Shown piece after piece: positions 52,101 through 61,865 of a stretch of 64,000 bases of DNA (its first letter is position 1; the number at the start of each line of letters is the position of its first letter). The DNA is from Eledone cirrhosa (lineage: Eukaryota). The position numbers were made by a program, and so were the translations under genes. The stretch is taken from contig OZ024759.1 in the NCBI GenBank assembly GCA_964016885.1, positions 9,052,001 to 9,116,000 on the forward strand. Direction: 5' to 3'. Below the pieces are notes generated by a model. It was not told where the DNA came from, made no database searches, and worked only from the letters and a program-made list of their open reading frames with translations.

Positions 52101-52559
52101 AACACAGCTCTCTCTCTCTCACACACTCTTCCATTCACCTTCTCTGTTCCCTCTCCCTCTCTTTCTCTCTCTGTTTAAGAAGGTACCCAGAAAACCCCAT
52201 ATCTCGAGAACCCATGCTCCGATTTATGCGAAACTTGTTTTATTCCATTTGTATCCCCATTTCAGGGTTAACTTCCTTTCAAAGTATTTTCCCATTATGC
52301 GCCCTTTTGGCTGTATTACATTACAGACAAGCAAGCAAGCAATCACAGAGTTTTAGTGGTATATAGACAGATGGCCTCCGAGACTGCAGGGAAGAAATTA
52401 ACACAAACTGGGGACATCTACTGAGCAATATCTGCTGAAGACACCCAGGGACACTAGAGGCCTAGGGTGACCCTTTCATGACCATATTTCCAATGAAATA
52501 CACTCTCTATGTCTTTGTTTATTGATCTGTTGGATCAGAGTCCATGTGAGACAAACACC

Positions 52560-52785
52560 CCTACCACCACCACCACCACCAATACCACCACCACCACTGC
52601 CACCAATACCACCACCACCACCACCACCACCACCAATACCACCACCACCACTGCCACCACCACCACCACCACTGCCACCACCACCAATACCACTACCACC
52701 ATCACCACCACCACCAATACCACCACCACCATCACCACTACCACCACTACCACCACTACCACCACCAATACCACCACCACCATCA
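52560..52785. repeat. (ACC)n microsatellite
   Basis: Direct inspection. Confidence 0.9.
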
Positions 52786-52815
52786 TTACAAAAAATGTTG
52801 TTTTTTTTTCTTCAG

Positions 52816-52950
52816 GATTTTTCTCAATAAAAGATAACCAATTGTTGAGTGAGAAGTCAATAGACAGAGAATCTCACCCCAGCTTCAGCCTCAACATCAA
52901 TGTTGTGAAGTCAACTCGAGTAAAAAGATCTCTTTCTAACAACAATATAG
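52816..52950 (+). CDS. Cadherin exon J (FFSIKDN...IDRE...RVKRS...)
   Basis: ttcttcag|GA ... G|gtgaaa. DRE motif. Phase 1/1. Confidence 0.85.
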
Positions 52951-53002
52951 GTGAAAGAAGCTTTCCTATTAATTCTTGAAATCTACAATTTATTCAGTTT
53001 CT

Positions 53003-53713
53003 TTGACCCTTTAGCATTAAAACCGGCCAGAATTCTCTACCTTTTTCTGTTGAAACTGGCTGTAACTGGCCACTCAAGGTATTGTTCTCAAAATAAATAC
53101 TTTCAAAATCTCATAGATTCGATATTATGTGAGATAATTATGTGAAATAAAGCATTTACCATGAAAATATAATAGTAAATATAGAGTAATGTGAATGCTA
53201 AAGGGTTAACCCCTTAACATTCAAACCAGTCATATCCGGCCAGAATTCTCTCACCTCTTTCTGTTCAAACCAGCCGTAACTGGTTGCTCGTACCTATATT
53301 AAGGTATTGTTCTCAAAATAAGTGACATCAAAATCTCGTAGATTTGATATTACATAGATAATTATGTAAAATAAAGCCTTTACTGTGAAAATACAATAAT
53401 AACTATACAATTATGTAAATGCTGAAGGGTTAATTATTAAATTCTGTAATTCTGTGATTCTGTGATTCTTTAACCATTTCCTGACCATGTTTTGTTATAT
53501 TAACACGTTAGCATTTAAACCTGCCAGATCCGGCCAGAATTCTCCCACCTCTTTCTGTTGAAACCAGCTGTAACTGGCCGCTCATACCGATGTTAAGGTA
53601 TTGTCCCCAAAAATAAACATCAAAATCTCATAGACTCGATATTATGTGAGGTAAACCCTTAACCCTGCCATTGAAATAGTAAATATAAAGTAATGTAAAT
53701 GTTAAAGGGGTAA
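53003..53713. mobile_element. Three piggyBac-like MITE copies (~205-225 bp)
   Basis: TTAA-CCCTTTAGCATT ... AATGCTAAAGGG-TTAA termini; the first two share the TTAA at 53206-53209. Confidence 0.65.
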
Positions 53714-54088
53714 AGTAAACACTATAATTTTTAATGTGAAGCAGTCATATTACTGTTTTATAGTTTTCTAATGTGGTTTGTTAATTCAAATGCTTTTAGT
53801 AGCTTTATTAGTGGACAGGTTGTTGTGGAAATTTGCAGTAGTGGAGTTTTTCTTCTTTTTATCCATAACTCTTGATGGGTTGATAGGGAGTTGATGGGAT
53901 TTGAACCCAAAGCTGAGAGTGCCTGAACAAATACCACAAGGCATCCTATCTAACATTCTGCCCTTGTAGTAGAGTAAAAAGCTCAATTTTTAATGTGATG
54001 CAGTCATAAGACTGTTTTATAGTTTTCCATAATTGTTGTTTCATGTGGTTTGTTATTTCAAATGTTTATAGTATCTTTACTAAAGATT

Positions 54089-54306
54089 AGTGAAGACCTG
54101 TGGCTGAGTGGTTAGAGAGTTGGATTCACAATCTTGAGGTTGTGAGTTTGATTCCTGGACCGGGCAATGCGTTATGTCCTTGAGCAAGGTGCTTTATTCC
54201 ACGTTGCTCCTTCTACCTGAAGTTGCGACCGATAGATAGTATTAGCAACTGGAAAGACCAACGGAAACATTGTTTCCTCGGTCCGATTTGACGAAAGTCG
54301 ATCGAT
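54089..54306 (+). mobile_element. tRNA/CORE-head SINE
   Basis: tggctgagtgg A box, gagtttgattcc B box, ccttgagcaag CORE start. Confidence 0.75.
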
Positions 54307-54361
54307 CCATTCTTACTAAAGATTGTTGTGAAAATTGGAAATAAACGAAAGAATTCAATAA

Positions 54362-54555
54362 ATAATTGTTTCTACTTTTAGCACAAGGCCAGCAATTATC
54401 CCAGTGCATTACTGGTACTTTATTTTATTGACCCCATAAGGATGAAAGGCTAAGTTAACCTTGGTGGTATTTGAACTCAGAACATAAAGGGCCATAACTC
54501 TTATGCTGCAAAGCATGGCGTCTGACTCTCTACTGATACTGCCAAACCACCGCCC
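54362..54555 (-). mobile_element. Meta-type SINE
   Basis: Reverse complement of the consensus. Confidence 0.8.
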
Positions 54556-54603
54556 ATTCTATATAATGTGATTCAGTCTTAAATCTTATATTTCCAAATG
54601 TCT

Positions 54604-56594
54604 TGTCAATGCACTGTCATGTGGTACACTGTCAATATACTCCCATGTGGTACACTGTCAATATACTCCCATGTGGCACACTGCCAATGTACTCCCATGT
54701 GGTACACTGTCAATATACTCCCATGTGGCAAACTGCCAATGTACTCACATGTGGCACACTATCAATATGCTCCCATGTGGCACACTGCCAATGTACTCAG
54801 ATGTGGCACACTGCCAATGTACTCAGATGTGGCACACTGTCAATGTACTCACATGTGGTACACTGTCAATATACTTCCATGTGACATACTCCCAATGTAC
54901 TCTCATGTGGCACACTGTCAATGTACTCTCATGGAGCACACTGTCAATGTACTCTCATGTGGTACACTGTCAATATACTCCCTTGTGGCACACTGTCAAT
55001 ATACTCCCATGTGGCACACTGTCAATGTACTCCCATGTGGAACACTGTCAATGCACTCTCATGTGGTACACTGTCAATATAATAACATGTGGTACACTGT
55101 CAATGTACTCTCATGTGGCACACTGCCAATATAACACCATGTGGCTCACTGTCAATATAATACCATGTGGTACACTGTCAGTGTACTCTCATGTGGCACA
55201 CTGCAAATATAATACCATGTGGTACACTGTCAATATAATACCATGTGGTACACTGTCAGTGCACTCTCATGTGACACAATGTCAATATGATACCATGTGG
55301 CACACTGACAATATGATACCATGTGGCACACTGTCAATATAATACCATGTGCCACACTGTCAATATAATACCATGTGGCACACTGACAATATAATACCAT
55401 GTGGCACACTGTCAATATAATACCATGTGGTACACTGTCAATATAATACCATGTGGTACACTGACAATATAATACCATGTGGTACACTGTCAATATAATA
55501 CCATGTGGCACACTGTCAATATAATACCATGTGGTAGACTGTCAGTGTACTCTCATGTGGCACACTGTCAATATAATACCATGTGGTACACTCAATATAA
55601 TACCATGCAGCAAACTGTCAATATAACACCATGTGGTACACTGTCAATATAATACCATGTGGTACACTGTCAATATAATACCATGTGGCACACTGTCAAT
55701 ATAACACCATGTGGTACACTGTCAATATAATACCATGTGGCACACTGTCAATATAACACCATGTGGTACACTGTCAATATAATACCATGTGGCACACTGT
55801 CAATATAACACCATGTGACACACTGACAATATAATACCATGTGGTACACTGTCAATATAACACCATGTGGCACACTGTCAATATAACACCATGTGACACA
55901 CTGTCAATATAACACCATGTGGCACACTGTCAATATAACACCATGTGGCACACTGTCAATATAACACCATGTGGCACACTGTCAATATAACACCATGTGA
56001 CACACTGTCAATATAACACCATGTGGCACACTGTCAATATAACACCATGTGACACACTGTCAATATAACACCATGTGGCACACTGTCAATATAACACCAT
56101 GTGACACACTGTCAATATAACACCATGTGGCACACTGTCAATATAACACCATGTGACACACTGTCAATATAACACCATGTGACACACTGTCAATATAACA
56201 CCATGTGGCACACTGTCAATATAACACCATGTGGCACACTGTCAATATAACGCCATGTGGCACACTGTCAATATAACACCATGTGGCACACTGTCAATAT
56301 AACGCCATGTGGCACACTGTCAATATAACACCATGTGGCACACTGTCAATATAACACCATGTGGCACACTGTCAATATAACACCATGTGGCACACTGTCA
56401 ATATAACACCATGTGGCACACTGTCAATATAACACCATGTGGCACACTGTCAATATAACACCATGTGGCACACTGTCAATATAACGCCATGTGGCACACT
56501 GTCAATATAACGCCATGTGGCACACTGTCAATATAACACCATGTGGCACACTGTCAATATAACACCATGTGGCACACTGTCAATATAACACCAT
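54604..56594. repeat. 26-bp minisatellite, ~76 copies
   Basis: Unit ccatgtggcacactgtcaatataaca. Confidence 0.96.
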
Positions 56595-56605
56595 TTCTGT
56601 TGTAG

Positions 56606-56733
56606 TTACAACCCTTACAATAGAAGTAACAATCCAAGACACCAACGACAATTCTCCTCAGTTCCCATCAAACTCTCTTTACTTTGGAATTCCTGTAACA
56701 TCTTTGCAGTTCTTTGAAGTCGCCAAAATAGAG
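56606..56733 (+). CDS. Cadherin exon K (TTLTIEVTIQDTNDNSPQF...KIE)
   Basis: ttgtag|TT ... GAG|gtttgt. DxNDNxPxF motif. Phase 1/0. Confidence 0.9.
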
Positions 56734-56758
56734 GTTTGTTTGCTTCGTTATTTATTTC

Positions 56759-56789
<31 letters not shown>

Positions 56790-56843
56790 TAATAGTACCA
56801 GTAATACACTGGGTAATTGCTGGCCTTGTGCCAAAAGAAGAAA

Positions 56844-56883
<40 letters not shown>

Positions 56884-57234
56884 AAAGTACCAGTAATACA
56901 CTGGGGTAATTGCTGGCCTTGTGCCAAAAGTAGAAACAATTATTATTATTATTATTGTTGTTGTTGTTGTTGTTGATGTTATTCTCTTTCTTCTTCTCCT
57001 ATTCCTCCTTCTCCATCTTCGTCTTCTCCTCCTCCTCCTCCTTCTCCTCCTCCTCCTTCTCCGGCTCCTCCTCCCCCTCCTTCTTCTTCTTGTGTGGGGA
57101 CCTATGTAAGATGGGGAGCCGTTGGCAGAGTGCTTGGGTTGCATGGCAACAAATATCTGAATCCCCTCAGTTAGCTCCCCTGACTTTCTGGCCACCCGTC
57201 CGACCCTTCGCTAGCAGGGGAAGCAGATGTTGAA

Positions 57235-57708
57235 ATGATGGTGATGATGATGGTGGTGGTGGTGGAGGTGATGGTGGTGATGGTGGTGATGATATTGATG
57301 ATAATGGTGATAGTGATGATGGTGGTGGTGGTGGTGATGGTGGTGATGGTGGTGGTGATGGTGGTGATGGTGTTGATGATGATGATGGTGATAGTGATGA
57401 CATTGGTGATGGTGGTGGTGGTGGTAGTGATGATGGTGGTGATGGTGGTGGTGATGGTGGTGATGGTGGTGCTGATGATGACGATGGTGATGGTGGTGAT
57501 GGTGATGGTGCTGATGTTGATGATGGTGATAGTGATGGTGGTGATGGTGATGGTCATGGTGATGATGTTGATGGTTATGACATTGATGGTGATGGTGGTG
57601 ATGGTGATAGTGATGATGATGATGATGGTGATGATGTTGATGGTTATGACATTGATAGTGATGGTGATGATGGTGATAGTGATGATGATGATGGTGATGG
57701 TGATGATA
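57235..57708. repeat. (GGT/GAT)n microsatellite
   Basis: Direct inspection. Confidence 0.9.
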
Positions 57709-57763
57709 ATAGAGAGGCTGGGTTGACCTTCACAGTAAAAGTTGTTCTTTTCTATTCCTTTAG

Positions 57764-57967
57764 GCCGTCGACAAAGATGAAGGAGAGAATTCTATTTCCT
57801 TGTATAGTTTGATTGGTAAAGATAGAGAGAAGTTCTTCATCCAGCCCACCACTGGCGCACTTCACAGCCTCTTCATCCCGGCCGCAGTCACACAGAAGGA
57901 ATATAAGGTTACCGTGGTAGCAGTGGACAAAGCAGACCAGACCAAAAGTGACACCGTCGATGTATTT
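57764..57967 (+). CDS. Cadherin exon L (AVDKDEGEN...FFIQPTTG...VDVF)
   Basis: cctttag|GCC ... TTT|gtaagt. AxDxDxGxN motif. Phase 0/0. The gene continues beyond the window. Confidence 0.92.
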
Positions 57968-58027
57968 GTAAGTTACTTTCTCATTTTTATAGTGTGTTAT
58001 GTACTGCAGCAGTCACCAACCATTATA

Positions 58028-59218
58028 CACCACTGACCAGTGTCACACAAGACTGTCACCACTGACCAGTGTCACACAAGACTGTCACAACTGACCAGTG
58101 TCACACAAGACAGTGTCACAACTGACCAGTGTCACCACTGACCAGTGTCACACAAGACAGTGTCACCACTGACCAGTGTCACCACTGACCAGTGTCACAC
58201 AAGACAGTGTCACCACTGACCAGTGTCACACAAGACAGTGTCACCACTGACCAGTGTCACACAAGACAGTGTCACCACTGACCAGTGTCACACAAGACAG
58301 TGTCACCACTGACCAGTGTCACCACTGACCAGTGTCACACAAGACAGTGTCACCACTGACCAGTATCACACAAGACAGTGTCACCACTGACCAGTATCAC
58401 ACAAGACAGTGTCACCACTGACCAGTGTCACACAAGACTGTGTCACACAAGACTGTGTCACCACTGACCAGTGTCACACAAGACTGTCACCACTGACCAG
58501 TGTCACACAAGAAAGTGTCACACAAGACTGTGTCACCACTGACCAGTGTCACACAAGACTGTCACCACTGACCAGTGTCACACAAGACTGTGTCACCACT
58601 GACCAGTGTCACACAAGACAGTGTCACCACTGACCAGTGTCACCACTGACCAGTGTCACACAAGACAGTGTCACCACTGACCAGTGTCACACAAGACAGT
58701 GTCACCACTGACCAGTGTCACACAAGACAGTGTCACACAAGACTGTGTCGCCACTGACCAGTGTCACACAAGACAGTGTCACCACTGACCAGTGTCACAC
58801 AAGACTGTCACCACTGACCAGTGTCACACAAGACAGTGTCACAACTGACCAGTGTCACACAAGACAGTGTCACCACTGACCAGTGTCACACAAGACAGTG
58901 TCACCACTGACCAGTGTCACACAAGACAGTGTCACAAGACTGTGTCACCCTGACCAGTGTCACACAAGACAGTGTCACAACTGACCAGTGTCACACAAGA
59001 CAGTGTCACCACTGACCAGTGTCACACAAGACAGTGTCACCACTGACCAGTGTCACACAAGACTGTCACCACTGACCAGTGTCACACAAGACTGTGTCAC
59101 CACTGACCAGTGTCACACAAGACAGTGTCACCACTGACCAGTGTCACACAAGACAGTGTCACCACTGACCAGTGTCACCTCTGACCAGTGTCACCACTGA
59201 TCAGTGTCACACAAGACA
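58028..59218. repeat. 31-bp minisatellite built from 16+15-bp subunits
   Basis: gtgtcaccactgacca + gtgtcacacaagaca in variable order. Confidence 0.93.
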
Positions 59219-59549
59219 ATATCTCCACACACAAGTACAGAAACAAACGTACACACACACATATATACACAGAAATACACACACTATGTTTAGTTCAAGA
59301 GATGGGGATGTGGTGTGAGTGAGGACTGAAGCAGTGTTTCAGTGAACGGACAGATGGTACCAGCGTGCTAGAAAGAGCAGTAAATTCCTCCTCAACTCTC
59401 CACCACCCCCCATTCCATTTTCGAAAATAAATCAACAATTAGCTTGATGGAGGTCAGATTAATTGGAAATATGAGAAACCTTAATTATTATCAATTTTGT
59501 TTAGTGTTATTAGAGGTCAACATAGAAACTTCCTTTTTATAAAGATATA

Positions 59550-59957
59550 TATGTAAAGTTATGTTGGTGCCACAACATCCAGGCCGAAACAAATGAGATC
59601 GTGTAGGTGTCACGACAAAAAAACACAGTCCATGCTGTAATGTGGCCGTGTAGGCAACACGGTAAAAACCTCCCAGACCCACACTGTAAATGTGGTTGGT
59701 GTTAGGAAGGGCATCCAGCTGTAGAAAACCCGCCAGACAGTCTACGCTGTAATGTGGCCGTGTAGGCAACACGGTAAAAACCTCCCAGTCCACACTGTAA
59801 ACATGGTTGGTGTTAGGAAGGGCATCCAACTGTAGAAAACCTGCCAGACAGTCCTATGCGAGCAAGACAATCACTCTTGCCTCAAGTGGGACTACCCCCG
59901 TCCAAACCCATGCAAGCGTGGAACACGGACGTTAAACGTTGATGATGATGATGATGA
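59550..59957 (+). mobile_element. RTE 3' UTR fragment with internal duplication
   Basis: Near-identical to 35862-36160. Confidence 0.85.
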
Positions 59958-60115
59958 TATATATATCCAGGGTGTGTAGCGTGAAGTTACCTGTAGGTTC
60001 ACCCAGGTGAGCACTCCATGTTTAGGTTTACGTCAGTAGCGAGGTGTAGAGCTAAACAGGGTGTAATATAATAATACAAGGACGATTTGTTAAGCCTTCA
60101 TTATGTTTATTGATT

Positions 60116-60200
60116 GGTGACGCGCGTTTCGCTATTGATCAGCTCAAGGTTCGATCTGTATCGACCTGCCCCGACTCTGGAATCAAAAGCTCGTCGGACC
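60116..60200 (-). ncRNA. Hammerhead with CCGACGA core and long helix II
   Basis: Minus strand ggt-CCGACGA-gc...gc-GAAA-c(gcgc)g-TC-acc. Confidence 0.7.
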
Positions 60201-60329
60201 TCTGTCATTACAACAGTAGAGGTCCAATGAGCTTTTGATTGCAGAGTCGGGTCAGGTCAATACAGATCAAACCTTGTTGCGTCACCAATCAATAAACATA
60301 ATGAAGGCTTAACAAATCGTCCTTGTATT

Positions 60330-60448
60330 TCTGAGTTCAAATCCCACCGAGGTTAACTTTGCCTTTCATCCTTACGGGGTCGATAAAATAAAGTACCAGT
60401 AATGCACTGGGTAATTGCTGGCCTTGTGCCAAAAGTAGAAACAATTAT
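60330..60448 (+). mobile_element. 5'-truncated Meta-type SINE
   Basis: B box and body. Confidence 0.8.
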
Positions 60449-60450
60449 TT

Positions 60451-60509
<59 letters not shown>

Positions 60510-60894
60510 GGGAAGTTATAGTTCACTTGAAGCATTGTGTAATGAGGTATAAACGTTTGTATTTGTAAAGCCAAAACAATGCAGGTATGGACATAGAATA
60601 TAAATGCAAATGCAAAAGATATTGTTGACAATTAGTCTTTTATCTTAAATTTATTTAAATGTCCTTAATTTTTGAGATAATATCTCTTCTTCGGAGGGAA
60701 GTAAAGCAATTAAACCAGCATTCTAAATAGCTTGCCAAGTCATGCATGACTTGGCAAACTATTTAGAACACTGGTTTTTCGAATATTAATAATAACATTC
60801 GATTTGTTTGCAATTATGCAAACAAGCCTCAATTTTATAGCCATGTCAGTAGAATGAACCTTTCATTGTTGCTCTTGTGTTGGCAGTTGAACAG

Positions 60895-60942
60895 AACTGC
60901 AGACACTAATGTTTCTGGGCATCACTCTTCATCAGTACAGTT
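60895..60942 (-). ncRNA. Hammerhead ribozyme (left arm)
   Basis: Reverse complement of 61320-61367; helix II mutated. Confidence 0.6.
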
Positions 60943-61319
60943 CATTGTTCACCTGCGAAACTATCAGAGCTAGTGAAAATATATGCTATTTTCAAAAATA
61001 CACAGTGACTGATTGGCCTGATTTGCATATTGGGAGACTGGCTGATCAGTCAGATCAAATGTTATTATTAATATTCAAAAAACTCAGATTACATTTATTG
61101 TATTCAGCCATGTAGAGTGAAATTTTCTTTTTTATTTGAATTTGGCAAAGCCAGCCATTTATCGCTCGTATACAGGAAACTGATCAGCCAGTCTGCTAAT
61201 ATGCAAATCTGACTGATCAGCCAGTCTGCTAATATGCAAATCAGGCTGATCAGTCACTGTGTATTTTTGAAAATAGCATATATTTTCACTAGCTCTGACA
61301 GTTTGGCAGGTGAACAGTG

Positions 61320-61367
61320 AGCTGTACTGATGAAGGGTGATACCCAGAAACATTAGTGTCTGCAGTT
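61320..61367 (+). ncRNA. Type-I hammerhead ribozyme
   Basis: agctgta-CTGATGA-agggt(gat)accca-GAAA-cat(ta)gtg-TC-tgcagtt. Confidence 0.78.
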
Positions 61368-61501
61368 CTGTTCACATGCCAACACAAGAGCAACAATGAA
61401 AGGTTCATTCTACTGACATGGCTATAAAATTGAGGTTTGTTTGCATAATTGCAAACAAATCAAATGTTATTATTAATATTTGAAAAACTCAGATTACATT
61501 T

Positions 61502-61574
<73 letters not shown>

Positions 61575-61772
61575 CACAAGATCAGCTGAAAAGTTCATAG
61601 GCTGACTAAGATACTCTCATGGAATGACCAAATGAGTTTTATTTTTCAACATGATTCCTGGAAAGAAGCAATGCAATTAAGAAGAAGAGTTGAAATTAAT
61701 GCATACAATATTTCATAGCTCTGGTATCACTTCTTCATAGTAAGTCTATGATCTTTTCAGCCTATCTTTGTA
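61575..61772. mobile_element. Mariner-like MITE, uninterrupted diverged copy
   Basis: ctgaaaagttcatag...aagatactctcatggaat...ctatgatcttttcagcc, homologous to 3858-4232. Confidence 0.6.
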
Positions 61773-61865
61773 CTGTACAATTTGTGGGGTATTTGGCAGC
61801 TATTTCTAGCAGATCATGTGATGCTATAAAGACTGTATTTGAGGTTGTGTCACTACTATCATCAT

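Larger units (their letters stand above)
60774..61488. repeat. Inverted repeat, ~280-bp arms
   Basis: Arms at about 60774-61055 and 61207-61488; also seen as mirror ORFs in the ORF track. Confidence 0.9.

Noticed and set aside
60909-61353. Pair of similar 64-68 aa ORFs on opposite strands
   Set aside because: They result from the inverted repeat; there is no coding signature.
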